Part shown: piece by piece, positions 29,721 through 39,250 of the stretch
How the letters are laid out: each line of letters begins with the position of its first letter
Numbering within the stretch: position 1 is the stretch's first letter
Source: a virus
IMG/VR virus record: IMGVR_UViG_3300016476_001599
Location: 32,001 to 96,000 of that record
Reading direction: 5' to 3' (one strand)
DNA: 64,000 bases
Translations under genes and position numbers: made by a program
The notes under the pieces: model-generated
Seen by the model: only the letters and a program-made list of their open reading frames with translations
Told to the model about the DNA's origin: nothing
The model's database searches: none

Positions 29721-30503
29721 ATGCTTCAGTACCGTTATCGATTGCAGCTTAAGTCTTACGTTGCTGCGTTGAACGGTCGTCGCAAGCATGTTCAGCGTAA
29801 AGCCGATGAACTGGGTGTAGTGCTGTCTTCGATTGACTCCACGGATTTCAACGGTGAGTTTCTTAAACTGGTGCGGCAGTGCAATTGCCCTGCTCCTGGT
29901 TGCAGCTACACACCTTCGCCGCTGTTTCACTGCGGAAACCCTAAAACTTGCCCGTTTTGTTTTGTTCGACTGCGATTAATCCCAGTTTACGAGGGTGTTA
30001 TGTCGCTCGGCGAATCTGTTTTAGCTAATTCGATGCTGATCGGCTGGTCGCGTAAGTGTTCCTTCAAAGATGGCTTACCGTTCTTTTCCCGTAGAACGGG
30101 TCCGCACGGGTGGACGAAAGCCGCTTTTAGTGTGCAAGTTGCAGTGCCTTTTTACGAACGCAAACTGCTGGCGGAACCCGAGGAGGTTCGCGGTCGGATT
30201 AAAAGGTTTGAGTACCTTCCGGTGATTTTCCACGTTGGACTGCACGTGGTTCCGGCGGATGGTAATGGGCTGGATGTCTTCCGTAAAAAGCGGGAGGCGT
30301 TAAAACTAACGTCGGTGCCTTACGCTTCGTTGGTTGGTTTGAGTCCGGAAGAGCGTGAGGCCCGTTTGCTCTCCGTTATGCAACAGCTTTTTGCGTTCCG
30401 CTGGGAACCGTTTTTCACTCCGGACGCGAAGCTTGTTTTTCGGACGGTTCACGATTGTTTTAGGGAGCAGAATTTAATTCGTTTTCAAAAGAGGAAAGAC
30501 TGA
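29721..30503 (+). CDS. Hypothetical Zn-binding protein
   Basis: CNCPAPGC...CGNPKTCPFC; start uncertain (29601-29721). Confidence 0.55.
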   Translation: MLQYRYRLQLKSYVAALNGRRKHVQRKADELGVVLSSIDSTDFNGEFLKLVRQCNCPAPGCSYTPSPLFHCGNPKTCPFCFVRLRLIPVYEGVMSLGESVLANSMLIGWSRKCSFKDGLPFFSRRTGPHGWTKAAFSVQVAVPFYERKLLAEPEEVRGRIKRFEYLPVIFHVGLHVVPADGNGLDVFRKKREALKLTSVPYASLVGLSPEEREARLLSVMQQLFAFRWEPFFTPDAKLVFRTVHDCFREQNLIRFQKRKD

Positions 30504-32356
30504 TGTCAGAAAGAAACCGTAAAATTGCTGAGCATTTAAAAGCTCTCGCTTTGCTAATTGAAAGCGATTCCGTGTCGCAAACCTGTGCGCAATCGCTTCC
30601 AATCCCTGAAGGGTGGCGAGAGCTAAAGCCGTACGAAGTGCCCGAGGCAACCGATATGTTTGAGAGACTGGGCGGTTGGCATGCGAAAAAATATGTCGGC
30701 AGTTCCGAATACAAATGGTACGGCGTTCGCCACATTCGAAAGATCAAAACTGCCAACCCTTCGGAAACTCCGAATAGCCCGAAGTGGATTCCCAAGGTGG
30801 GCGATAAGGTGCGGGTGAACAAGCCAAGCAGGAGAGTTCACGGTAAGGTCGGTGTCGTTGTCAAGGACGATTCTCGCGAGTATGCGGTTAGGATTGACGG
30901 CGAAGATTTCACATCGTATAGCCTAGAAGCCCAATACCTTGAACTCATCGCGGCGGCACCACCCGCCGACCATATTGCCGACGCCGACAAAATGGTACCG
31001 CCAACGGGTTACCGGTTGCTCGACAAGTCGGCAAAGGTCGAACCGCGAAAAGCTGGAGATTTGTTTTGGTCTTTAACGCTCGGGGACTGGAAAATCTTGT
31101 CTGACGAGGGCGAACAGGACGCAAACCGAGACGACTGGCCAGCATGTCGAAAGATCGAAACTGCCAACCCTCCGGAAACTCCGGACAGTTCGATCCCTGA
31201 TCCTGGGCCGGGCTATCGATTGTTGAGCAAAGATCCGCCGGAGCGGGTTGTTAAGGGTGATGAGTTTTTTGATGGTTGCAAGTGGCTCGGGTCTGGAGTC
31301 TGGGTGCATGAAGGCGGGCCACAAGGGTCGTTCTACTACCGCCGCAAGATCGAGGAGCCAGCCAAGGAGCAAGAAACTCAGTACCGAGAGCCGACATACG
31401 CTGACCTTGCAAACGGGCCGATTGAGGTTGAGGTATGCGATAACAAAACAAACGAATTGAACTGGGTCAAAAGAGCACTGTACGCAGTGCTCCCAAGCAA
31501 GTGCAGATTTCGTTACGTTGTCGGTTCTTCCAGAGGTGATGGATTCACGGAACACTACAAGTACGCTCGCATCGAGGTAGAGACTGCCAACTCTTCGGAA
31601 ACTTCGAATAGTTCGCTGCCGTTTGCCGAACTGGTAAAGGGTTTGTCGCAAGCAATGCAGCGAGATCAGGATCTCGCATGGACTTGGCATTGCAACATAG
31701 CGACGGCATCGTGCGACGAAGGTGCTTGCCCTTCTGCGGCAAATCTTGCCGCCGCACGATTTATGCGTATTGCGTTCGGCGTCGATGTAACAACCTTTGA
31801 CCAATGGAAGTCGGCTGAATGGCTGAGTTCGCAGCCGCTTGCTATACCGGATGGGTGGAGGGAGTTGGAGCCGCACGATTTCCCAAGGCGAAGCGATATG
31901 CGTGAAGTTGACGGTTCTTGGGAGTACAACAACACTGATTCGGATGCAGAGTACAAGTATTGGAAAATTCGCGTAATTCGCAAGATCGAACAGTGGCCGG
32001 GCCACGTTCAAGGTGTTTGGGTTGAGGAAGCTGAGGAGAAGCTTGCCTTTACCCAGGACGAACTAGAGGAGTTAATTGAGAAACGGATCGCAGATCGAGA
32101 GCGGATCAAGAAGGAGAAGGAAGAAGCCGATGCGAACGCTAGCCGCAAGAGCGAGCCCACCGAATGGATTCCCAAGGTGGGCGACAAGGTGCGGGTGGTT
32201 GGAGGACTTGCGAATACTGTGGGCGAGGTCGGCATTATCAAGGCATTCTGTCCAGTATTGAACGGGGAGTTTTTAGTCTTTACAAGCAATGAGCGTTGCT
32301 TTTTGGGGTGGTTCAAGAAAAATGACTTCGAACTCATCGAGGCCGCGCCACGATGA
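30503..32356 (+). CDS. Mosaic multi-module phage protein with repeated linkers and KOW-like domains
   Basis: Repeats ETAN..ET.NS x3, IP.GWREL x2, WIPKVGDKVRV x2, GYRLL x2, ELI.AAP x2. Confidence 0.75.
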   Translation: MSERNRKIAEHLKALALLIESDSVSQTCAQSLPIPEGWRELKPYEVPEATDMFERLGGWHAKKYVGSSEYKWYGVRHIRKIKTANPSETPNSPKWIPKVGDKVRVNKPSRRVHGKVGVVVKDDSREYAVRIDGEDFTSYSLEAQYLELIAAAPPADHIADADKMVPPTGYRLLDKSAKVEPRKAGDLFWSLTLGDWKILSDEGEQDANRDDWPACRKIETANPPETPDSSIPDPGPGYRLLSKDPPERVVKGDEFFDGCKWLGSGVWVHEGGPQGSFYYRRKIEEPAKEQETQYREPTYADLANGPIEVEVCDNKTNELNWVKRALYAVLPSKCRFRYVVGSSRGDGFTEHYKYARIEVETANSSETSNSSLPFAELVKGLSQAMQRDQDLAWTWHCNIATASCDEGACPSAANLAAARFMRIAFGVDVTTFDQWKSAEWLSSQPLAIPDGWRELEPHDFPRRSDMREVDGSWEYNNTDSDAEYKYWKIRVIRKIEQWPGHVQGVWVEEAEEKLAFTQDELEELIEKRIADRERIKKEKEEADANASRKSEPTEWIPKVGDKVRVVGGLANTVGEVGIIKAFCPVLNGEFLVFTSNERCFLGWFKKNDFELIEAAPR

Positions 32357-32628
32357 TTAAGCAAAAACTAGCCGAGTTGGTCGATGAACTTTACTCCATG
32401 CCGGAATGCGGAGTTGGCGGGCCGTTGCATATTGTTTTAGATGACGGCAACATCGACGATGAAAGCATCCATTTTTGCATGCGGAAAATGCGAGAGCACG
32501 AGACGGTTGTGCGAGGGATGAACGGCAACGCAATAATCGCAATTTGCGAAGAAATAGTGAAAGCATTGCTAGAATTTACGCAAGAGAAGCGTAAGGAACT
32601 TTACGAATTGAACTGGGGAAGATCATGA
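32353..32628 (+). CDS. Hypothetical phage protein
   Basis: GGPLHIVLDDGNIDD..I.FC motif. Confidence 0.6.
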   Translation: MIKQKLAELVDELYSMPECGVGGPLHIVLDDGNIDDESIHFCMRKMREHETVVRGMNGNAIIAICEEIVKALLEFTQEKRKELYELNWGRS

Positions 32629-32945
32629 AACGAATCTACATTGCAGGGCCGATGACTGGAAAGCCGGATTTGAACAGGGCGGAGTTTGATAAAGCTGAGG
32701 ATTTTATCGACGAATCATCGGAATGCGATTCAATCAGTTTCAATCCGCACCAAATTGGACGCATGCTTGGATGGGATGAGCAAACGCCGATAAAAGCAAT
32801 TGCTTCGACACTGCTTCCCGACTTGGCTAGCTGCGATGCCATCTACATGCTACGCGGTTGGGAACAATCGAAAGGAGCTACAGCGGAACACGCTGTAGCG
32901 AAATGGATCGGGCTAGAGATCATTTATCAGGGGGAAGCGGAATGA
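32625..32945 (+). CDS. DUF4406 / nucleoside 2-deoxyribosyltransferase-like protein
   Basis: IYIAGPMTG..D.N, NP, CDAIYML.GWEQSKGA.AE. Confidence 0.85.
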   Translation: MKRIYIAGPMTGKPDLNRAEFDKAEDFIDESSECDSISFNPHQIGRMLGWDEQTPIKAIASTLLPDLASCDAIYMLRGWEQSKGATAEHAVAKWIGLEIIYQGEAE

Positions 32946-33217
32946 GTTGGGATAAACATCACGACCGAAGAATGGAAGACTTGAGAGTGCTCGGGCCAAT
33001 TGCGGCAAGGGTGATTCAGGAGGACTCGAACGAACTCAAGAGTCTGCGAGAAGAAAACAAGAAACTGCGAGAAGAATGCGAGCATTTAAAATCTTTGCTG
33101 GTTTCTTCCGATGTACGAGCTTTCTCTAAGGGAGTTGCTTGCTGCGGAGTGCTTTTTGCGTCTGTTCTGTTGCTTGGTTTTTACTATCTACTGCTTACGG
33201 GAGGTTCTTTGAGATGA
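32942..33217 (+). CDS. Coiled-coil membrane-anchored small protein
   Basis: Coiled coil followed by a C-terminal hydrophobic segment. Confidence 0.5.
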   Translation: MSWDKHHDRRMEDLRVLGPIAARVIQEDSNELKSLREENKKLREECEHLKSLLVSSDVRAFSKGVACCGVLFASVLLLGFYYLLLTGGSLR

Positions 33218-33474
33218 GTGGTTTTAAGGTCGGCGACAAGGTGCGCGTGAACTGCCCTGGAAGGGTAACTAACCGCAAAAAGTGTGTTATTACGGAAGCT
33301 GCAAACGGCGAGTACACAGTTAAGCACTTAAACCTGATATCGAAAAATCTCAAAGCGGAACACCTCGAACCTGTCGTGGCAGCACCGCAATCCGACCGCA
33401 ATTCCGACGCCAACAAAAAGGTCAACTTGGAGGAAACTCCAAATAGTTCGATCCCTGATCCAGGGCCGGGGTGA
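33214..33474 (+). CDS. KOW-like module plus linker, paralogous to part of 30503-32356 (possibly truncated)
   Basis: FKVGDKVRVN...ETPNSSIPDPGPG then stop. Confidence 0.6.
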   Translation: MSGFKVGDKVRVNCPGRVTNRKKCVITEAANGEYTVKHLNLISKNLKAEHLEPVVAAPQSDRNSDANKKVNLEETPNSSIPDPGPG

Positions 33475-33602
33475 GCCCGGCGAGTCGTTTCTGTTGAGTT
33501 TAGTTTTGACGCGGTCAGATTAGCAAACACGCTACTGGTCGCGATAGCGATTTCGCGTTATCGAATTAACAGGTTACGCTTTTATTTTAACACAGAGGAA
33601 AA

Positions 33603-34792
33603 ATGGACATCACATCACCGCCGTATCCGCGAGCTAGTTGTAACACCGACAGCCTTTATTCTTTACTTATGTCGCTTGGCGACTGGGTGGAGGAGCACCG
33701 CGAATGGGCTGAAGCTAAGGCCGAGGAGGCGAACGCGCCGTTTAAGCCGTTTCTGCCGGATCTTTCTTTTTTGAAGCAGCAAAAGCTGGATCACTTTAAG
33801 ACGCTACCGATTTCTTGCCTAGCCTCAAACTGTAGCGCGATGCAGGACATTCGTACTTCGTACGACGACATTGTTCGAAACAACGAAGAAGTGGAACAGT
33901 GGGAAAGCCCAAGGTGCGTTTTTATGCGACTTACGTTGCTTCGGAAGACTTCTCTATTTCTGACGGTTGCCTTTCTGGACAAAGAAAAAAGAGAAGCTCG
34001 ATGCAAAGAGCTTCGTGACAGCGCAGGCGGCGAAGTGCGAGTCGTACCCATTGAATCGCTGCCGCCGGATCTGCTGGAACGGATTTTTCCGGCGAAACAG
34101 GAGGGCATATCTGACGCCCAGTTTGACAATCTTTTCAACAGCAAAGACCTTTTGGAGGGAAATGATGAGTAAGAAATACAACACCGCGTTTACCGTGGCC
34201 TTCAGTGTTGATCACGATTTTGAGGACACGGCGGATGTTCCAATTCCTCTGCTGATCGCCGGAGCTTTGCGAAGGTTAGCGGACCTTTCGGAGGAGGATC
34301 CTCGAGGGGCCGCAGAAGCGTTTGAAGCTTACGACACCTATGAAATTCAAATGGGTAAAACGATGTTTGTTACAGCCGAGGAGCAAAGTCAAAAGCCTGA
34401 CACGCCGTAAACAACACAAAACTCATTTATTTTAAATCCATGAAAGGTACAGAATGCACCCTTTTAACAAGAAAAGTTTCGATTGCGTTCCTGGAATGCC
34501 TCCCGGTTTGGCGGCCAAGCTTGAGGTTTCAAATTCCATGGACCTTTTTCGGATTGCGGTGGATCACCACACGCAGTATATGGCTCTTGTCGGTGCTGCC
34601 TGGGAGGACGTGTCGCCTGTTGTTGCCTGGTTCGAGTCGCAAGGTCTCTACAAAGAAGGTGTTAGTTGGCTGTACGAAAACACACCGGATACTTATATGC
34701 GGATTTTGGCGATAAACCGTCTTTTGGCGGAGTTAGAGAAAAGTCAAAACTCTGCAAACGGCTTGCAGGCTGAAAATGCCGATAAGATTTGA
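33603..34792 (+). other. Three hypothetical ORFs (33603-34172, 34162-34410, 34454-34792)
   Basis: Tandem ORFs with SD motifs. Confidence 0.55.
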
Positions 34793-34797
34793 CTTAA

Positions 34798-35190
34798 CTA
34801 GCGTTGGCTGCTGACATGGTTCATTTTGCAATCGACAAACTCCGGTTGTTGAACCAGGTTCGTGATTTCGTTTTTAATCGCGACTCGTTCCCGGTTGTGG
34901 TTCCGGATAGCAACAGCGCGTTTGCCGATTTCGGCCAGACCTAGTTCCAGGTCTAGCCCTCTTCGCAGGTCGTATTCAAGATCCCACATTTTACCGTTGA
35001 TTTTCTTCAGGCGGAAAATAAGATCCAAAAGCTCCGCATTGTCGTTGTCGACACCTTCTCGCAGGTAGCTAATTTGCTTCGAAAGCAGCTGTTTGTCTAC
35101 TTCGGTTTCGGACAATCGTTCCATCTTCAGTTCTGCGATCGTTAGTCTGTCGCAGAGTTCGTTTATTGGCATTGGGATAGTTTTGATCAT
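34798..35190 (-). CDS. DUF6165-like coiled-coil protein
   Basis: ELCDRLTIAELK...INGKMWDLE..LR...N.ERVAIKNEI; start at 35190 or 35172. Confidence 0.65.
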   Translation of the reverse strand: MIKTIPMPINELCDRLTIAELKMERLSETEVDKQLLSKQISYLREGVDNDNAELLDLIFRLKKINGKMWDLEYDLRRGLDLELGLAEIGKRAVAIRNHNRERVAIKNEITNLVQQPEFVDCKMNHVSSQR

Positions 35191-36298
35191 GTTTAGAAAA
35201 ATTTTAGCTGTTAGTGATTTGCATTTGTCGGACACTATTTGGAAACACCGGCCTATCCATGGAGACAGTTACCACAGCTGGAACTACATTGTGCAATACG
35301 CTGTGACGTCGGGCGTTGACGCTGTAATTCTAGCGGGCGACATCTTGGACAAGCAACTAAATGTTGCAAATCCGGTTGCGAAGCTGAACGCTGGGCTTCT
35401 GAAGCTGCGGGACGCCGGAGTGACCGTGCTTTACAATCAAGGACAGCATGAGTTCCAACGCGACTTGCCTTGGATGGATGTGGCCGACTTGGGTGCAAAG
35501 CATTTAAAGGGAACGTCTGACTTCTGCTTTTCGAACGGCCTTCGGATAGCTGGATTCGACTACTGCAACGAGAAAACTCTTGCGGAAAGGCTGGGTGAAA
35601 TCGCAAAGGATTCTGGACAAGAGTATTTTCTTGTCTGCCACCAGGTCTGGAAAGATTTCATGGGTGACGTTGGAAAGACGCAAGGTTGCTTTGACGATCT
35701 GCCCGCAAACGTCAGATTTATGCTAACTGGCGATTTCCACCAAACGATTGTTCGCGAGGTTAGCAAAGATTTGACGGTTTTAAGCCCCGGAAGCACGCAT
35801 TTGCGTAGCTTGGCGGAGCCGGCGGAAAAGCATTTCTTCGAAATAAGTGTTAAGCAGAAAGGCTTGTCGATTGAAGTCCGCGACATACCGACTCGAAGGT
35901 ACTTGGAAGTCAAAACAGGTACTTTGCCGTACTTACAGATTTCTGAGCAGGTTAAAACGTTTGTCGGACAAGATTTCGGCGATCTCCCGGAGGAGCTGCG
36001 GAAACCGATTGTTCGAATTGTCCACGGCAAGGATGATTTTGACTTTGTACGGCACATCAAAGAGAGTTTTGACAACCTTGCTCATTTGTTTTTCAAGCTG
36101 AAGACGATTTCTGTTGACGTTTTAAGCGTGGACACCACTACGGACGAGAGCCATTTGACGCTTCAAGCTTGTTTGCCGTTTGAGATCGACCCGCAGGGAT
36201 CGCCTGCGGCCTATGGTTTGGCGTCCGAGCTTTTGGCGGGTGCGGATCCGAACACTGTACTTGAACGTTGGTTAGAGGAGAATTTAAATGCAAATTGA
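35189..36298 (+). CDS. sbcD: Mre11/SbcD-like metallophosphoesterase nuclease
   Basis: SDLH, GDILD, GQHE, HQ, GDFH, SPGS; adjacent to SbcC. Confidence 0.85.
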   Translation: MFRKILAVSDLHLSDTIWKHRPIHGDSYHSWNYIVQYAVTSGVDAVILAGDILDKQLNVANPVAKLNAGLLKLRDAGVTVLYNQGQHEFQRDLPWMDVADLGAKHLKGTSDFCFSNGLRIAGFDYCNEKTLAERLGEIAKDSGQEYFLVCHQVWKDFMGDVGKTQGCFDDLPANVRFMLTGDFHQTIVREVSKDLTVLSPGSTHLRSLAEPAEKHFFEISVKQKGLSIEVRDIPTRRYLEVKTGTLPYLQISEQVKTFVGQDFGDLPEELRKPIVRIVHGKDDFDFVRHIKESFDNLAHLFFKLKTISVDVLSVDTTTDESHLTLQACLPFEIDPQGSPAAYGLASELLAGADPNTVLERWLEENLNAN

Positions 36299-38429
36299 GA
36301 CGGTTGAGCTGAAGAACATAGGTCCCCACAGGGAGTTAACCGCAGAGTTGGCTTCTGGCATTGTCGGCATAGTCGGCGCCAACGGTGCGGGTAAGAGTTC
36401 GTTCGTGAACGCCATCTACGCCGCTTTTACGGGCGATTTCAAACGTTTCAATGCCGCAACAAAGGCTGAGGTCATTAACAATCAGGCAGCTAAGCACGAA
36501 AAGGCTTGGATTAAGATTGTTGGCAACCACGGCGGTAAGCCGTTTGAGCTGGTTCGAAGCCTGCGACCGAACGAGGTGACCTTCACATACGGCGACAGTG
36601 AGATCGAGACGGCTTCGCAGGTCAACGACGCAGTTTTCAAGCTGCTGGGCCTGACTCCAAGCGTTTTTGATCGTTACGTGTTCGTCGAGCAGTGGGAAAT
36701 GTTTAGTTTTCTCGATGATACGGAAAGCGTGCGAGCTAAAGCTTTTCAGCACTTGTGTGGGGTCGAGTCGGCTACTCTGTTACATAAGGCTTGCGTGCAA
36801 TTCCGGGACAGGCTCACGGCAAAACAGTCGATTGACAACAGCTTAGACCTTGAAAGCAACATTGATCAGATTCAGCGGGAAATGCTGCGACTTAAGCGTA
36901 CGAAGTTTGAAGGCTTGCTGTCTAACGATGAGGCAGCTGAATTGCGACAGAAGCGGGATCTTTATCTAAAAGTTTCGCAGCTTGAGTCGCTTAAGTCGCA
37001 GGGACTTGTTGATCTCGAAGCATTGAAAAATGTTCTAGTCGACAAAGAGAAAGTTTTCGAGGCTGTGGAAACAAAGTTTAACAGAGCTGAAACCTGGTTG
37101 AAAAAGTACAAGACTTTGATTGAAGCTGCTGTGGGTACTCTACGTGACTGGCAGGCACAGAGAGCGCTTCAATCCAAGCAAGTAAATTGCCGCTCACTTA
37201 TTGGTGACTGGGAGTCGAAGGTTGAAGCGACCGAGGCAGAAATAGCTTCGCACGTTGCAAAAGCTCCAAGCTTTTCAAAAGAGGAACTTGCGGGCTTGAA
37301 AGCAGAACTTCAAGGTTTAAAAACAAAAGCGAAGGAGTTAAAAACCGCCGCCAGTAACTTGGAGCAAGGCAGTCGGGCTGTGTGTTCTTCGTGCATGCAA
37401 GACATTCCTGCGTCTCATTTGGTGAAATTAAAAGCTGAAGCGGACGCTGTCGAAAGGTTGGCAGTGGAGAAAGCAAGACAGCTCATGACCTTACAGAACT
37501 ATTACGACCGCGCGGAATATCTGCTTGAGTTACGAAGAGAGCAGCAAGGTCTTTTAACAAAATACCAAGCGGAGTTGCAGGGACTGTCGCAGGTTTCGCA
37601 GTCGCTAGTAACGCAAGATGCGGCAGACAGGGCAACGGCAGCCATCGAGCAGCGTAAAAAAGCGGAAGCGTCGCTTGCGGAGAGCAAACCGAAGCGCGAC
37701 AGGTTGAAAGCGGAATTAGACGTGCTGAGAGGCCGCTTATCGAATGCTGAAAGTCAGCTGCAAGAGTACGAGTCTCAGCTTGCAGCTTTGACAACGCATC
37801 TCGGGGCGGCTGACGCGTCGATACAGGCGAAGCTCGAACGTCACGACGAGGCTTTACGTCAAAAGGCTGCGGTTTCTGCGGAGTACAAGACTAACGCAAC
37901 TCAGTTGGGTATTTTGCAGACGACGTTGAATAAGCTGAAAACCTCGCTTGCCCGCGAAGCCAAGACCAGGTCGTTGGCCGAAGTAGTGGACAGGGTCGCT
38001 AACGCTTTTCATTGGTCTGGGCTGCCTAAGCGGGTAGCGCAGAACAATTTGATGCAGTTGGAAGCGGACATTAATGCGCAGCTCGAGCTTTTCAGTTCTC
38101 CTTTTTTGGTTGAAACAACTGACGATCTATCTTTCAAGGCGACTTTCCCAGGCAAACCCAGCGTGTCGGCAAGGCAGCTCAGTGGCGGGCAGAAAGTTAT
38201 CTTGGCCATTGCTTTTCGGGCGGCTTTGGATAGGCTTTTCGGGCATAATATTGGAATGTTGTTTCTGGACGAACCTACGGCGGGATTGGACGCAGACAAC
38301 GTTGCTTACTTCCATGACGCGATGCAGAGCTGGTCTGCAAACGTCGGGGCGCAGAAGCAGATTATTGTCATCACGCACGTCCAAGACATGACAAGTGCCT
38401 TTGACCAAATTGTAACGATCGATAAATGA
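36288..38429 (+). CDS. sbcC: Rad50/SbcC SMC-like ATPase
   Basis: GANGAGKSS, coiled coils, CSSC zinc hook, LSGGQ, LDEPT, ITH. Confidence 0.92.
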   Translation: MQIETVELKNIGPHRELTAELASGIVGIVGANGAGKSSFVNAIYAAFTGDFKRFNAATKAEVINNQAAKHEKAWIKIVGNHGGKPFELVRSLRPNEVTFTYGDSEIETASQVNDAVFKLLGLTPSVFDRYVFVEQWEMFSFLDDTESVRAKAFQHLCGVESATLLHKACVQFRDRLTAKQSIDNSLDLESNIDQIQREMLRLKRTKFEGLLSNDEAAELRQKRDLYLKVSQLESLKSQGLVDLEALKNVLVDKEKVFEAVETKFNRAETWLKKYKTLIEAAVGTLRDWQAQRALQSKQVNCRSLIGDWESKVEATEAEIASHVAKAPSFSKEELAGLKAELQGLKTKAKELKTAASNLEQGSRAVCSSCMQDIPASHLVKLKAEADAVERLAVEKARQLMTLQNYYDRAEYLLELRREQQGLLTKYQAELQGLSQVSQSLVTQDAADRATAAIEQRKKAEASLAESKPKRDRLKAELDVLRGRLSNAESQLQEYESQLAALTTHLGAADASIQAKLERHDEALRQKAAVSAEYKTNATQLGILQTTLNKLKTSLAREAKTRSLAEVVDRVANAFHWSGLPKRVAQNNLMQLEADINAQLELFSSPFLVETTDDLSFKATFPGKPSVSARQLSGGQKVILAIAFRAALDRLFGHNIGMLFLDEPTAGLDADNVAYFHDAMQSWSANVGAQKQIIVITHVQDMTSAFDQIVTIDK

Positions 38430-39250
38430 CAGATAGACAAACCGTTTGTTTGCACGCAGACTCCAACGGCGACGTTTGGAGTCTACAGGCCGGAAAAGGC
38501 ATAGTTAAACCCAGGTTTGACGTGTTACACGCGTCAGACTTTTGGGTTGTAGGCCTGCCGTCGAACTATGCAATCCTGACGGAATTGTATTTCGACACTG
38601 TAAGGCGTTACAAAGCGAACGAAAAAAGTCTCTCCAGCATATATGTCGGCTCGGTTTTTCCTTGGCGTCATTTTGACTATAAGTCTAAGGATTTCCTGTA
38701 TGACGTTGTCGCAGTTTCGCCTGCCAAGCGGCAAGCTTCGCATTGGCACCTTCTGGACGATGCATCCATCAGCACGTACTTACTTGCTAAAAGTCTATAC
38801 GACGCATCTTACGAAATGGCGGAATTGGCCTGGCAAAACCATTGTTTAGCCCCTGTTTTTTCGAGACTAGGATGCGATGCAAATTTAGATCCTGCGATGT
38901 TTTTGGTTGCTGACATTTTGGATCCCCGTTGGTTCATGGCAGCAAACGGAAGTTTCAAGGCTTTGGAGCGGTACTTTGGGCTTCAAAAGAAGGCGCACAG
39001 ACTGGCAGACGCGAAATTTTTCATGTTGTCGGACGCCGTTAAAGCGATACCTGGCAATAGTTTTTTGCACGCGGAGGCCGAGGTCAGGAATCCGAGAGAC
39101 AAGCTTTTTGCGCTGCCTAAATTGTTTTTGCATTTTTTTGTGCGGCACTGGCTTTCGTGTCAAACGCGACTTTCGTTTTTCGATCCGTCTTTGTTTTTCA
39201 AAAGTCAGAAAGCGAAGAAAATGTACTCGACTATTTTTGAGCCACAGTGA
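38426..39250 (+). CDS. IS110/Nop-like domain protein (Tas-like), apparently non-catalytic
   Basis: NHCLAPVF..LG...AMFLVADILDPRWF......LERYFGL and C-terminal KLFLHFFVRHW; no P..SG serine loop and no obvious DEDD RuvC motif. Confidence 0.55.
   Translation: MTDRQTVCLHADSNGDVWSLQAGKGIVKPRFDVLHASDFWVVGLPSNYAILTELYFDTVRRYKANEKSLSSIYVGSVFPWRHFDYKSKDFLYDVVAVSPAKRQASHWHLLDDASISTYLLAKSLYDASYEMAELAWQNHCLAPVFSRLGCDANLDPAMFLVADILDPRWFMAANGSFKALERYFGLQKKAHRLADAKFFMLSDAVKAIPGNSFLHAEAEVRNPRDKLFALPKLFLHFFVRHWLSCQTRLSFFDPSLFFKSQKAKKMYSTIFEPQ

Noticed and set aside
38426-39250. Active IS110 insertion sequence
   Set aside because: No catalytic Ser loop or clear RuvC motif, no non-coding end to encode a bridge RNA, and the gene is coupled to both neighbours
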